Assembly (NCBI GenBank): GCA_945859975.1
Contig: CAMAPH010000004.1
Location: 32,001-96,000 of the forward strand
Direction: 5' to 3'
DNA length: 64,000 bases
From: Chthonomonas calidirosea
Lineage (GTDB): Bacteria > Armatimonadota > Fimbriimonadia > Fimbriimonadales > Fimbriimonadaceae
Part shown: one piece after another, positions 10,542 to 20,588 of the stretch
Numbering within the stretch: the first letter of the stretch is position 1
Layout: every line of letters begins with the position of its first letter
The notes under the pieces: generated by a model
What the model saw: only the letters and a program-made list of their open reading frames with translations
Databases searched by the model: none
Told to the model about the DNA's origin: nothing
Made by a program: the position numbers and the translations under genes

Positions 10542-11288
10542 ATGAGCCGTATGTTCACGGTTTCTGTCGCGTTGGCAACGTTGCTCGTGTCTCCCCAGTC
10601 CGCCGCTCCGTTTGAGGAGAAAATTCCCGGTACGCTCGCGAGTTTCAAGATGCAGCCAATTCCGGCCCCGCCGGGCGGCAAGCCGTTCTACATTTCGACA
10701 ACCGAAGTCACCTGGGACGTTTTTGACATCTGGGCGTTCCGATTGGACCAGAGCGTTGAAGACCAGGCCAAGGGTGTGGACGCCGTTTCTCGTCCGAGCA
10801 AGCCCTACGGCGCACCAGACAAGGGCTTTGGCCACAAGGGCTATGCCGCGCTGGGCATGACTTACTTAGGCGCCCAGACGTTCTGCGGCTGGCTGAGCAA
10901 GAAGACCGGCAAGAAGTACCGGTTGCCGACCGAAGCCGAGTGGGAGTACGCCGCTCGCGCCGGTGCTACCACCGAGCCGGAGTTGGACAAGGTGGCTTGG
11001 TTCTGGGACAACGCGGAGGATAAGGCTTGGGGCGTTGGTACGAAGAAGCCAAATGCGTGGGGTCTTTTCGACACGCTTGGCAACATGGCGGAGTGGGCGG
11101 TCGATAAGGACGGAAAGCCGGTCACTTGCGGCGGCCACTACCTTTCCAAGAAGGGGCAGATTGGGTTCACGGCTCGCGCTTATCAGATTCCGAAGTGGAA
11201 CGAAAACGATCCGCAGAACCCGAAAAGTCGGTGGTGGCTCGCGAACGCGCCATTCATTGGAATTCGTCTTGTTTGCGAATTGCCGTAA
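10542..11288 (+). CDS. Secreted formylglycine-generating-enzyme (SUMF1/EgtB) domain protein
   Basis: RLPTEAEWEYAARAG, PNAWGLFDTLGNMAEW, GIRLV; signal peptide; alternative start ATG 10551. Confidence 0.88.
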   Translation: MSRMFTVSVALATLLVSPQSAAPFEEKIPGTLASFKMQPIPAPPGGKPFYISTTEVTWDVFDIWAFRLDQSVEDQAKGVDAVSRPSKPYGAPDKGFGHKGYAALGMTYLGAQTFCGWLSKKTGKKYRLPTEAEWEYAARAGATTEPELDKVAWFWDNAEDKAWGVGTKKPNAWGLFDTLGNMAEWAVDKDGKPVTCGGHYLSKKGQIGFTARAYQIPKWNENDPQNPKSRWWLANAPFIGIRLVCELP

Positions 11289-11346
11289 CTGGCTATACTC
11301 GCAAACAAGCGGGGCTCGTTCCCTGCATATTCACGGAGCACTTTCA

Positions 11347-12597
11347 ATGTCGAACCAAAATGAACTCTCTCGCCGCGATTTGATCGCGAAGACGGCCGTG
11401 GCCGGCGCCGCAATGGCCGTCCCTTCTTTCGTTTTTGCCGGTTCTCAGGCGCAGATTAAGGTTGGCTTGATCGGATGCGGCGGACGTGGCACAGGCGCAG
11501 CGCAGGACAACATCGCAGCCGATTCGAGCACCGTTCTCTGGGCAATGGGCGACGTTTTCCCAGATCAACTCAAGGGCTCGCGAGACAGCCTGAAGAGCAT
11601 GGGCGACCGATACAAGGTTACGGACGACCGCGCATTCAGCGGTTGGGACGCCTACAAGAAAGTTATCGAGAGCGGCGTTGATGTTGTGATCCTTACCACT
11701 CCTCCGGCTTTCCGACCGATGCACCTCAAGGCTGCAATCGCAGCCGGAAAGCACGTCTTCATGGAGAAGCCGGTTGCCACCGACGCGCCGGGAATCCGCA
11801 GCGTCATGGAGTCGTCGGACATCGCGGCATCGAAGAAACTTTCGATCGTGGCCGGAACTCAGCGACGACACGATTTTGCCTACCGCGGCGCGATGGAGCG
11901 AATCCACAACGGAGACATTGGCGACGTCGTTGCGCTTTACGCCTACTGGAACCAAGGCGGTCTTTGGATGAACCCACGACAGGAAGGCTGGTCCGACATG
12001 GAATGGCAGCTTCGAAACTGGCTGTACTTCGCTTGGCTCTCGGGCGACCACATCACCGAGCAGCACGTTCACAACCTTGACGTTTGTAACTGGGCCATGA
12101 AGGGCCACCCGGTTAAGGCAACAAGCCTTGGCGGACGGCAGGTTCGAACCGATAAGGCATACGGCCATATCTTCGACCACTTTGCTACCGAGTACGAGTA
12201 TGCCAACGGCGTAAAGATGCTCAGCATGTGCCGCCAGATTGACGGTACGGCCTCTCGTGTTTCCGAGCACATCGTTGGTTCGAAGGGCACGAGTAATGCT
12301 CAGTCGATTAAGGCGGCTAAGGCCTGGCGATTCGAAGGCGACCGAACCAATCCTTACGTTCAGGAGCACAAGCACCTGATCGCTAGCATCAAGGAAGGCA
12401 AGCCGATCAACGAAGGACGCCAGGTTGCGGAAAGCACGCTCACCGCAATCATGGGCCGCATGTCGGCTTACACGGGGCAAGAAGTGACCTGGGAACAGGC
12501 GCTGAAAAGCGAGGAAACACTGGTTCCGGCGAACCTAGCGTTCGGTCAACTTGAGACTCCGGCCGTTGCGGTTCCGGGCAAAACCACGCTGAAGTAA
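11347..12597 (+). CDS. Tat-exported Gfo/Idh/MocA oxidoreductase
   Basis: SRRDLI twin-arginine signal, GLIGCGGRG, FMEKP, QHVHNLD; start moved to ATG 11347 after GGAG. Confidence 0.9.
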   Translation: MSNQNELSRRDLIAKTAVAGAAMAVPSFVFAGSQAQIKVGLIGCGGRGTGAAQDNIAADSSTVLWAMGDVFPDQLKGSRDSLKSMGDRYKVTDDRAFSGWDAYKKVIESGVDVVILTTPPAFRPMHLKAAIAAGKHVFMEKPVATDAPGIRSVMESSDIAASKKLSIVAGTQRRHDFAYRGAMERIHNGDIGDVVALYAYWNQGGLWMNPRQEGWSDMEWQLRNWLYFAWLSGDHITEQHVHNLDVCNWAMKGHPVKATSLGGRQVRTDKAYGHIFDHFATEYEYANGVKMLSMCRQIDGTASRVSEHIVGSKGTSNAQSIKAAKAWRFEGDRTNPYVQEHKHLIASIKEGKPINEGRQVAESTLTAIMGRMSAYTGQEVTWEQALKSEETLVPANLAFGQLETPAVAVPGKTTLK

Positions 12598-12598
12598 G

Positions 12599-13519
12599 GT
12601 GGAAATCACCCGACGAAAGATCATTCAGTCCGGCCTTGCGGCCGGACTGACCGTCGCCGCCGCGCCGATTGCGGCGGCGTTTCCACGCGATAAAGCCATG
12701 GCACCCAAATTCAAGCTCAAATACGCGCCGCACTTTGGCATGTTCCAAAACCACGCCGGCTCAGACCTCGTCGACCAGTTGAAGTTCGCGGCCGACGAAG
12801 GGTTCACTGCCTGGGAAGACAACGGCATGAAGGGCCGCTCCGTGGCCGACCAAGAGCGTTGCGCGAAGGCGATGACGGACCTCGGAATCACGATGGGCGT
12901 CTTCGTTGCGAACGACATTGACTGGAACAACCCGACTCTTACGACCGGATCGAAAGATCATCTAGACAAATTCCTGAAGAATTGTCAGGATTCGGTGGAA
13001 GTCGCTAAGCGCGTGAATGCGAAGTGGATTACGGTGGTGCCGGGCACGTGCGATCTGCGCCAGGACATTGGTTTTCAGACGGCGAACGTGATTGAAGCAC
13101 TTCGCCGAGGCAGCGATATTCTCGCGAAGCATGGTCTTGTTATGGTGCTGGAGCCACTCAACTTCCGCGACCACCCAAATCTTTTCTTGAACAAGATTCC
13201 GCAGGCGTTTAGCATCTGCCGCGCAGTGGACAGCCCAGCCTGCAAGATTCTCTTCGACATCTACCACCAGCAGATCCAAGAAGGAAACTTGATTCCGAAT
13301 ATGGACCGGGCCTGGAGTGAGGTTGCTTACTTGCAGATTGGCGACAATCCGGGCCGTAATGAGCCGACTAGCGGCGAAATCAACTATCTCAACGTGTTCA
13401 AGCACGTAAACGCGAAGGGCTTTACCGGCGTGCTTGGGATGGAGCATGGGAACTCGAAATCCGGAACGGATGGCGAGCGAGCGGTTATCGACGCTTACCG
13501 AAAGTCGGACGCGTTCTGA
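12599..13519 (+). CDS. Tat-exported hydroxypyruvate isomerase / xylose-isomerase-like TIM barrel protein
   Basis: TRRKII signal; LEPLN, FDIYHQQ, QIGDNPGRNEPTSGEINY. Confidence 0.88.
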   Translation: MEITRRKIIQSGLAAGLTVAAAPIAAAFPRDKAMAPKFKLKYAPHFGMFQNHAGSDLVDQLKFAADEGFTAWEDNGMKGRSVADQERCAKAMTDLGITMGVFVANDIDWNNPTLTTGSKDHLDKFLKNCQDSVEVAKRVNAKWITVVPGTCDLRQDIGFQTANVIEALRRGSDILAKHGLVMVLEPLNFRDHPNLFLNKIPQAFSICRAVDSPACKILFDIYHQQIQEGNLIPNMDRAWSEVAYLQIGDNPGRNEPTSGEINYLNVFKHVNAKGFTGVLGMEHGNSKSGTDGERAVIDAYRKSDAF

Positions 13520-13524
13520 GCAGC

Positions 13525-14538
13525 ATGAGCGAATTTGATCCCGAGTTGCATCCGCACCGGCGGTTCAACCCGCTCCTAGACGAATGGGTTCTGGTGTCGC
13601 CGCACCGGACCCAGCGTCCTTGGCAGGGGCAGCAGGAAAAGTCTTCCCTGCCAGACCGCCCTGCGTACGATTCGACTTGCTACCTGTGTCCGGGCAACGT
13701 TCGGGCGAATGGAGAAGTCAACCCAGCGTACGAAAACACTTTTGTTTTCGTGAACGACTACTCGGCGCTTCTTTCGGGCACACCGGAGGGGGTTCTTGAA
13801 GATGGAATATTCCGATCAGAGGCAGTGCGGGGCGAGTGCCGCGTCATTTGCTTTTCACCTCGGCATGACCTGACGCTATCTCGCCTGAACCAAAGCGAGT
13901 TGGAACTCGTGATTAACTTGTGGGCTTCGCAGTCGGCAGAGCTTGGAGCACGTTACGGCTGGGTGCAAATTTTTGAGAATCGAGGCGAAGCGATGGGCGC
14001 CTCGAACCCGCATCCGCATGGCCAAATTTGGGCAAGCGAGCATTTGCCGAGTTTGATCGTTCGTGAAGGTGCGTCTCAGGCTCGCTACAACGCCGAGCAC
14101 GGATCCCGATTGCTTCTCGATTATGCTGAGCGAGAGGTTGAATCGGGCTCGCGAGTGGTGTATGCCAATGAAGATTGGGCGGTAGTTGTGCCGTTTTGGG
14201 CAACGTGGCCGTTCGAAACGATGGTGCTTCCGCGGTTTGCGGTCGGTCGGCTTGAGGAGATTAAAACGCAGCGGCAGAGCCTTGCAGATGCGCTCCAAGG
14301 ACTGCTCAAACGATACGATTCCTTGTTCGATTGCCCGTTCCCGTACAGCATGGGTTGGCATCCCGCCCCATATTCTGGAGACTTTACGTCGTCTTGGCAG
14401 CTACATGCCCACTTCTATCCGCCATTATTAAGAAGCGCAACGGTTCGAAAATTTATGGTTGGATACGAAATGATGGCGGAAGCCCAGCGAGACTTAACTC
14501 CGGAACAAGCAGCCCAGCGGCTACGGGATGCGATTTAG
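13525..14538 (+). CDS. galT: Galactose-1-phosphate uridylyltransferase
   Basis: HRRFNPL, SPHRTQRPWQG, CYLCPGN, catalytic SNPHPHGQIW, PPLLRSATVRKF. Confidence 0.96.
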   Translation: MSEFDPELHPHRRFNPLLDEWVLVSPHRTQRPWQGQQEKSSLPDRPAYDSTCYLCPGNVRANGEVNPAYENTFVFVNDYSALLSGTPEGVLEDGIFRSEAVRGECRVICFSPRHDLTLSRLNQSELELVINLWASQSAELGARYGWVQIFENRGEAMGASNPHPHGQIWASEHLPSLIVREGASQARYNAEHGSRLLLDYAEREVESGSRVVYANEDWAVVVPFWATWPFETMVLPRFAVGRLEEIKTQRQSLADALQGLLKRYDSLFDCPFPYSMGWHPAPYSGDFTSSWQLHAHFYPPLLRSATVRKFMVGYEMMAEAQRDLTPEQAAQRLRDAI

Positions 14539-15071
14539 TGGCTAAGCCAGTAACCTTTATCACTCCGCCAAACCGAATCGAGCGCTGGAAAAAACTCTGG
14601 GCGACGCCAAAGAAACTCAACGAAGCCGAGACCGACGCGGCGTTTGACGAGTTCTTGGACAATTTGGTGCCAACGCACATGCACACGTTGTTCCTGCGGA
14701 AGTTTGGCCTGCCCAAAGCATCCTTCGGAAACCGATTCTTCAACGACGAATCGATGTACCAAAACTGGGATCTGAAGCTGACTCAGCTCCTCGCTGCGGA
14801 AGGGCCGCACATCGAAGCCACGGTGATTTACGGGTCGCCCGACAAGCTTGAAGCGCACACGCTGCGCGGCGAACGTCGACGATCCCTGAGGGACATCGTG
14901 ATCGACGATTGGCACGCGGCTTGCGCCATCGTCCGCTCTGACCGCGTTCATCTGTACGTTTTCATCGAGCCCAAAATGCGGGGCTGCATCGTTCGGTCGC
15001 TCAAACTCTCGAACGTTGCCGCCGAAGAGGAAACGCCCGAAGAACCAGAGTTTGTTGAGTTCGAACCCTGA
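14538..15071 (+). CDS. Hypothetical protein
   Basis: GTG start overlapping galT stop; 177-aa ORF with acidic tail. Confidence 0.65.
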   Translation: MAKPVTFITPPNRIERWKKLWATPKKLNEAETDAAFDEFLDNLVPTHMHTLFLRKFGLPKASFGNRFFNDESMYQNWDLKLTQLLAAEGPHIEATVIYGSPDKLEAHTLRGERRRSLRDIVIDDWHAACAIVRSDRVHLYVFIEPKMRGCIVRSLKLSNVAAEEETPEEPEFVEFEP

Positions 15072-15120
15072 GCGGCAGAATCTGCTGAGAACACTCTTTT
15101 CGCGAGGCATCGTGCGAGCA

Positions 15121-15154
15121 GTTAACACTGCCTTAACGTCGTGTCAGACAGAAT
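15121..15154 (+). promoter_or_regulatory. Pho-box-like 11-bp direct repeats plus -10 element upstream of alkaline phosphatase
   Basis: GTTAAC(15121), CTTAAC(15132), GTCAGA(15143) at 11-bp period; CAGAAT at 15149-15154, 6 nt before ATG. Confidence 0.7.
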
Positions 15155-15160
15155 GAGGGG

Positions 15161-16690
15161 ATGAAGTTTTCGCGACGTTCACTTTTAGGCACCGGTCTTG
15201 CGGGTGCTGCTGGCATCGCATCCGGCGCTGGCGCGTTTGCGTCCTTGCAGGGCTACGGCGCGAAGCAGTCGAAGATCAAGAACATCATTTTCTTGGTCGT
15301 TGATGGCATGGCCCACCAGACGATGGGAATGGTCGACGTGCTTAGCCAGTTGAACGCCGGAAAGTCGTCTTACTGGGGTTGGCTGATGGACCAAAAGTTC
15401 GTGACGAACGGTCTGCAGGCCACCCAATCCCTCAACTCAATTGTTACCGACTCGGCCGCGGCGAGCTCGGCCTGGGGGAGCGGTCAGCACATTTTCAACG
15501 GGATGATCAACATGTATCCCGATCAGACCGCTTTAAAGACGCTGACGACTTTGATGCACGAGAAGGGCGTCCGAACCGGCCTTGTGACGACGACCACGAT
15601 TACGCACGCGACTCCATCGGGCTTCGCTGTTTCGATCATCAATCGCGACCTTGAACCGATCATCGCCGAGAAGTACCTGACCTCCGGCGTGGACGTTTTG
15701 ATGGGCGGCGGTAACCGACACTTTGCGGGCGACAAGCGCAAAGACAAGCGCGACATGTATCCCGAGTTTGAAAAGGCGGGCTATACGGTGGTTAAAGATC
15801 GTGACACGCTGATGAAGACCAAGAGCAAGAAGGTGCTTGGCATCTTCTCCGAGAGCCACCTTCCGTTCTCGGTCGACCGAAACAACAGCGCAGAACTTCA
15901 GAAAACGGTCCCGACCTTGGCCGAGATGACGAAGCACGCGATCGAGAATCTCAAGGACAGCAAGAACGGGTTCCTGCTTCAAGTTGAAGGCGGCAAAGTT
16001 GACCACGCTGGCCACGCGAACGACCTCGCTTCCATCGTTTACGATCAGATCGCTTTCGAAGAAGCCGTCAAGGTTGCGGTTGAGTTTGCGCTTAAGGACA
16101 AGGAGACCCTGGTCATCATTACCGCCGACCACGCCACCGGCGGGCCATCGGTAAACGGCATGGGCGACGAGTACGTGGATTCCAACAAGGGACTCATGAG
16201 CGTTAACGGAATGAAGGCGAGCTACGAAGTGCTGGCCCGAAAGTTTGGCGCCAGCCCAACCGCAGATTCGATTCGCGACATCATCAAGGCCGTTCTTGGT
16301 CTCGAGCTGAGCGCGGCCGAAGCGTCTGCGATTGTGGCCGGGCAAAAGGGCCAAGGGCCATTCAACATTAGCGGGTTCCTGAAGGCGAGCGGAATGACAA
16401 TGGCCAATATCTTGGGCAACCACACTGCGGTCACCTGGACGAGCGGAAACCACACCGCCGAGCATGTGCTCGTGACAGCGCTAGGACCTGGCAGCGAGAT
16501 GATCAAGGGACTCACCCGCAACGTTGAGTTCTTCGACTTCATGTTGGCGGCTAAAGGCATCAAGCACAAGAATCCGACGATGGACTACGCCACCGCGCAA
16601 GGCCATTACGAGAAAATGAAGCTGAGCCTTGACCAGGAATGGATTGAAATGTATTCTGTGCATGAAGATTGCGGTTGCCACCACGGCTAA
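15161..16690 (+). CDS. Tat-exported alkaline phosphatase (PhoA-type)
   Basis: SRRSLL signal; IIFLVVDGM, VTDSAAA (catalytic Ser), THATP, EGGKVDHAGHAND, TADH. Confidence 0.93.
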   Translation: MKFSRRSLLGTGLAGAAGIASGAGAFASLQGYGAKQSKIKNIIFLVVDGMAHQTMGMVDVLSQLNAGKSSYWGWLMDQKFVTNGLQATQSLNSIVTDSAAASSAWGSGQHIFNGMINMYPDQTALKTLTTLMHEKGVRTGLVTTTTITHATPSGFAVSIINRDLEPIIAEKYLTSGVDVLMGGGNRHFAGDKRKDKRDMYPEFEKAGYTVVKDRDTLMKTKSKKVLGIFSESHLPFSVDRNNSAELQKTVPTLAEMTKHAIENLKDSKNGFLLQVEGGKVDHAGHANDLASIVYDQIAFEEAVKVAVEFALKDKETLVIITADHATGGPSVNGMGDEYVDSNKGLMSVNGMKASYEVLARKFGASPTADSIRDIIKAVLGLELSAAEASAIVAGQKGQGPFNISGFLKASGMTMANILGNHTAVTWTSGNHTAEHVLVTALGPGSEMIKGLTRNVEFFDFMLAAKGIKHKNPTMDYATAQGHYEKMKLSLDQEWIEMYSVHEDCGCHHG

Positions 16691-16748
16691 GCAAAGTCAC
16701 GCATTTACGTAGTTGGCAAGGGGCGGCGTTTAGGTTAAGCTATTAAGG

Positions 16749-17516
16749 ATGGCGTCGCCCATATCAATCCAGTTTTGGACCCTGAGAACCATACTGAATG
16801 CGGAAAGTGCGCCAGAGATCATGCAAGAACTGGCCAAAATTGGCCTAAACGGAGTGGAGGGCGTAGCGCCCGGCTTTTCTAACTCCGATTTTCGCAAGTA
16901 CATGGCCGATCTTGGAATGGTCATCAGTTCCAGCTTTGGACCAACGCCAGAACCTGACAACCTTCAGAAGATCGTTGACGACCTAGGCGAGCTGGGAACC
17001 AACCTTCTGACCGGTGGCTTCTGGATTCCTGATCTTGAAACAAAGGATTCAATCAAGGCGTCAGCCGAAAAGCTGGCCTGGGCCATTCCTGAACTGAATA
17101 AGCACGGCATTGAGTACGCCATGCACAACCACTGGATGGAGTTTGAAACTCGAGACGGGATTCGGGTTATGGATCTCATGATTGAGCACTGCCCTGACCT
17201 CTGCCTGGAACTCGATATTTATTGGGCAAGCAACTTTGGCGAGCATAACAGTGCCGACATCTGCCGCCAATACGCCGACCGCATCACGCTATTGCACGTG
17301 AAAGATGGCCCCTTGGTCAAGGACCAGCCAATGGTCCCACTCGGACAAGGAAAAGTGCCGGTTCGAGATTGCATCGAAGCCTGTCAGCCAAAATGGTTAG
17401 TCATAGAGCTTGATGAGTACGAGGGTGACATGATGCACGCCGTCCGCGAAAGCTATCAATTCCTTATGAAAGAAAAGCTTGGCCTTGGCCGAGTTGCCGT
17501 GGACGAAAACCCATGA
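16749..17516 (+). CDS. Sugar phosphate isomerase/epimerase (xylose-isomerase-like TIM barrel)
   Basis: MHNHWMEF, ELDIYW, LHVKD, VIELD motifs. Confidence 0.88.
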   Translation: MASPISIQFWTLRTILNAESAPEIMQELAKIGLNGVEGVAPGFSNSDFRKYMADLGMVISSSFGPTPEPDNLQKIVDDLGELGTNLLTGGFWIPDLETKDSIKASAEKLAWAIPELNKHGIEYAMHNHWMEFETRDGIRVMDLMIEHCPDLCLELDIYWASNFGEHNSADICRQYADRITLLHVKDGPLVKDQPMVPLGQGKVPVRDCIEACQPKWLVIELDEYEGDMMHAVRESYQFLMKEKLGLGRVAVDENP

Positions 17517-17863
17517 ACGCCAGAAGCATCACCTTTTTGCCAACCAAAAATCTTAAGGCGACCGACCGCTTTTACCAAGGCATGCTCGGGCTACAACTTG
17601 CGCTCGACCAAGGCGTCTGTCGCATTTACTCCGTCGGCATTGATGGCGCTTGGGGATTTTGTGAGAACGTGCCGCTCCTCGACGATCCGAGCAAAGTCAC
17701 CCTCACCATGGTGGTTCCAGACGTCAACGAGTGGCATGTTCGCCTGACCGTTGAAGGTGCAACCGTAGACGGTCCGCCGCGGATCAACCAGCGATTCGGG
17801 ATCCAGCATTTCTACACAACCGACCCGAACGGCTATCGGCTCGAAATTCAGAAATTCCTCTGA
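17513..17863 (+). CDS. VOC (glyoxalase/bleomycin resistance) family protein
   Basis: FYQGMLGL and FYTTDPNGYRLEI motifs; ATGA overlap with upstream gene. Confidence 0.85.
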   Translation: MNARSITFLPTKNLKATDRFYQGMLGLQLALDQGVCRIYSVGIDGAWGFCENVPLLDDPSKVTLTMVVPDVNEWHVRLTVEGATVDGPPRINQRFGIQHFYTTDPNGYRLEIQKFL

Positions 17864-17870
17864 GCCTTGT

Positions 17871-17920
17871 ACAAAAAGAAGGGCGAGTCACCGCGGGTGA
17901 CTAGCCCTTCTTTTTGTTTT
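17871..17920. terminator. Bidirectional intrinsic terminator
   Basis: ACAAAAAGAAGGGC-GAGTCACC...GGTGACTA-GCCCTTCTTTTTGT between convergent genes. Confidence 0.9.
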
Positions 17921-17923
17921 GCC

Positions 17924-18370
17924 TTACTTCTTGGCGAGGAACGGCTTGATTTCGCCGATCCAGCTTGATGGAGTCGAACCAGGCGTGAAGCCCGAAGTTC
18001 CGAGCACCTTACCAGCCGAGTTCAAAATCAGGACGGTTGGGAACCCTTGGATTTCATACTTGTTGGCAAGCGCTTCGTTCTGCTTGCTCAGCTTCGCATC
18101 CTGCTTGGTTCGGCGTGGGAAGTCGAGCTCGAGAAGGACCACATTCTTCTCCGCCCACTTCATGAACTCAGGCTTGGAGAAAACGTCCTTGTGCAAGCGA
18201 ATGCATGGCGGGCACCAGTCGCTGCCGGTGAAGTCAGCTAGGATCGGCTTGCCCGTTTTCTTTGACTGCTTCACTGCTTCGTCGTAGCTGGTCAACCACT
18301 TTGGACCAGCGGCCATTGCACCGGCAACCAGGAGCAGCGCCGCAATACTAAAGAAACTCTTCATACCCAT
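17924..18370 (-). CDS. Secreted thioredoxin-family protein
   Basis: FTGSDWCPPC motif, GFPT, signal peptide. Confidence 0.9.
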   Translation of the reverse strand: MGMKSFFSIAALLLVAGAMAAGPKWLTSYDEAVKQSKKTGKPILADFTGSDWCPPCIRLHKDVFSKPEFMKWAEKNVVLLELDFPRRTKQDAKLSKQNEALANKYEIQGFPTVLILNSAGKVLGTSGFTPGSTPSSWIGEIKPFLAKK

Positions 18371-18404
18371 GTAAAACGCACGGTACCACGATTCAGTTCA
18401 TTGA

Positions 18405-20234
18405 TCAAAGCATTTTAAGGCTAAATCGCCGATACTTTGCCAACCCGAGTTGAGCGTTGTTGTGACTTAGCCCCACGAGACCCACCTCGACCGGGCCCTC
18501 AGCGATGGTCACGGAGTGCAGCAGTTCAAGCTCTTTCCCTTTGCGGGCAACAAATCCCTCGAGTTTGGTTCCGGTTCGGCGAAGGACGAGTTGCGTGCCA
18601 GCGAGGTCGCCAGTAGCGGCTTTGGGACCGATCATCTCCCTTCCAGCGGTCCCCCGGTGAGCAAACTGAGCCTCGCCCGATGGGAAAACCGAAAGAAGAG
18701 TGGCGGCTGCATTTGGCTCGAGCCCAAAACGGACCATGACTCCAGCTTTGGCGTACGCATCGGTATCGCGCAACGATTCGATTTCGCAGGAAATCTCGAA
18801 GTCACCCGAGACCGACTGATGCAGGAAGCGGAACTGGTCGCGGTCGCCCCAGATATCGCTTCCGCCGCCGAAGAGTTCAAGCTGGGGTTCTCGGTACTTA
18901 GCACCGCCTGGTCTCGCGCCTCCGACGTCGGTCTGCATCCATCCGGGTACAGCGTCGTTCGCGGGTGCGACGAGAATGGGTAATGGCGGCTTTGGTAGCG
19001 GATCGAACTTTGGATTCTTCGCGACCATGAACTTTCGGAGAGGCTCATTTACGGCAAGTGCCATTGTTCCGAGCCCCTTCATATAGGACTCAATCCCAGC
19101 TTTCGAGTCGTTTCGGAAGTCGACCTTGGGTGCTGGCGCCTTGCTGGTGACCATTCCCCATGTTGCCGATCCGACGCCGCCATCTCGGCTCATCACCTTA
19201 TACGACCACATCGTGCTCATCCAGCCGTAGGAGGCATGGAGGTCGTAGTACCGCCGCATCATGCCCCCCCCGCCGGCGCCGTTGAAGACCACATTGAATT
19301 CGCCGATCAGGAACGGTGCGTTCGTCGCATTCTGTTGTTTCTCAACTTCTTTCAAGCGATTGATGTGCGCGACGTGAGTTGGGACGGTCGGCGCTCCGCC
19401 GCCGAACAGACCGGGATAGTAGTGCATCTGAAAGCCGACATTCTTCCAGCCGTTCTGCTTCGGGTTTCCGTAGTGACCAAAGTCGTCGTAGTTGCCCATC
19501 GCAAGGATCAGCTTCTTATTGTCGATGGCACGGACGACGGGATACAGCCGCTTAAAGAGGGCAACTTGCTGGGGCTTAGTGCCGCCGTACGGCTCGTTAA
19601 ACAGGTCGTATGCGACTACATTCGGGTTCGAGCGGTATCGCTTGGCAAACTCTTTCCAAAGCCACTCGGCTCGCACTTGATTCGATTCAACCGTCCAGAC
19701 TTTGTTTTGCTCGCTACGGCCAGTATGGTCATACGGGCTCTGTCCGCCCTGAATACCGTGTAGGTCGATGATGGTGTACATGCCATGTTCGGCCGCCTTC
19801 TTCACCGCGAGGTCCACCCAGCGGAAGGCGTTCGGCTTCAGTTTCATTGGGGCGCGGTCGTCTTCGAACATTCGATAGTTCAGTGGGAGCCGAACGAGGT
19901 TGAAGCCAAAAGACTTGATGAGCTTCCAGTCTCGGTCCTTCATCCAGTTGGAGTAGAAGGTTTCCATCAGTCGGTCCTTCTCTGCCTCGCCAAATCGGCT
20001 GGTCAGGATTTCCTCCACCTCGTACTGATCTTTGTAGCCCGAGAGTTCGAGCATCCACATCTCGAGGATCAGCCAGTTTCCGAGATTGCAGCCTTTGAGG
20101 GTGACGGGCTTTCCGCTGGCCGTGACCATCTTTTCTCCCCGGGGCAAAAGTTCCGGCAGGTTCTTTGTTTGCGCTACGGTCGCCGATGACACGAGGAGGG
20201 CTAGGGCTGCGATCATGATAATTCGTTTTATCAC
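18405..20234 (-). CDS. Secreted GH5 glycoside hydrolase with C-terminal beta-sandwich domain
   Basis: GCNLGNWLILE, VRLP, DLHG, YDLFNEP, IGEF; C-terminal GSDIWG...AKAGVM domain. Confidence 0.88.
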   Translation of the reverse strand: MIKRIIMIAALALLVSSATVAQTKNLPELLPRGEKMVTASGKPVTLKGCNLGNWLILEMWMLELSGYKDQYEVEEILTSRFGEAEKDRLMETFYSNWMKDRDWKLIKSFGFNLVRLPLNYRMFEDDRAPMKLKPNAFRWVDLAVKKAAEHGMYTIIDLHGIQGGQSPYDHTGRSEQNKVWTVESNQVRAEWLWKEFAKRYRSNPNVVAYDLFNEPYGGTKPQQVALFKRLYPVVRAIDNKKLILAMGNYDDFGHYGNPKQNGWKNVGFQMHYYPGLFGGGAPTVPTHVAHINRLKEVEKQQNATNAPFLIGEFNVVFNGAGGGGMMRRYYDLHASYGWMSTMWSYKVMSRDGGVGSATWGMVTSKAPAPKVDFRNDSKAGIESYMKGLGTMALAVNEPLRKFMVAKNPKFDPLPKPPLPILVAPANDAVPGWMQTDVGGARPGGAKYREPQLELFGGGSDIWGDRDQFRFLHQSVSGDFEISCEIESLRDTDAYAKAGVMVRFGLEPNAAATLLSVFPSGEAQFAHRGTAGREMIGPKAATGDLAGTQLVLRRTGTKLEGFVARKGKELELLHSVTIAEGPVEVGLVGLSHNNAQLGLAKYRRFSLKML

Positions 20235-20281
20235 ATTTCCCCGTTACGACGCGACACCAGATTGGATACAATTTCTACGGG

Positions 20282-20575
20282 ATGAAGTTTATTGACCAAT
20301 TGAAGTCCAACGAAGGGAATTTGCTCGCGGCTGGCATTGCATGGACCATCGGACTCGCTTGGTTCACCATCGGAGGCTTCTACCTCGGCACGATCTTCGG
20401 CAAGAAGCACGTTTACGATTTACAAGCGAAAGATATTTCCGGAATCGGTGTCAATGGCCTGATCATCGGATTCCTTGTTGGCGTCGGCGTTGCAACGTTC
20501 ATCACCTTCGCTTATCCCAAGTCGACCAAGCGAGACGAAGAAGCAGAAGCGGCTGCCGAACACGCGCACCACTAA
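20282..20575 (+). CDS. Small two-TM membrane protein
   Basis: 97-aa ORF, two hydrophobic helices, acidic/His tail; TACAAT upstream. Confidence 0.7.
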   Translation: MKFIDQLKSNEGNLLAAGIAWTIGLAWFTIGGFYLGTIFGKKHVYDLQAKDISGIGVNGLIIGFLVGVGVATFITFAYPKSTKRDEEAEAAAEHAHH

Positions 20576-20588
20576 GTTTGCTGAGCCG

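Noticed and set aside
16734..16747. GTTAAG/ATTAAG pair as another Pho box
   Set aside because: Spacing is 8 bp rather than 11; better explained as a -10 element
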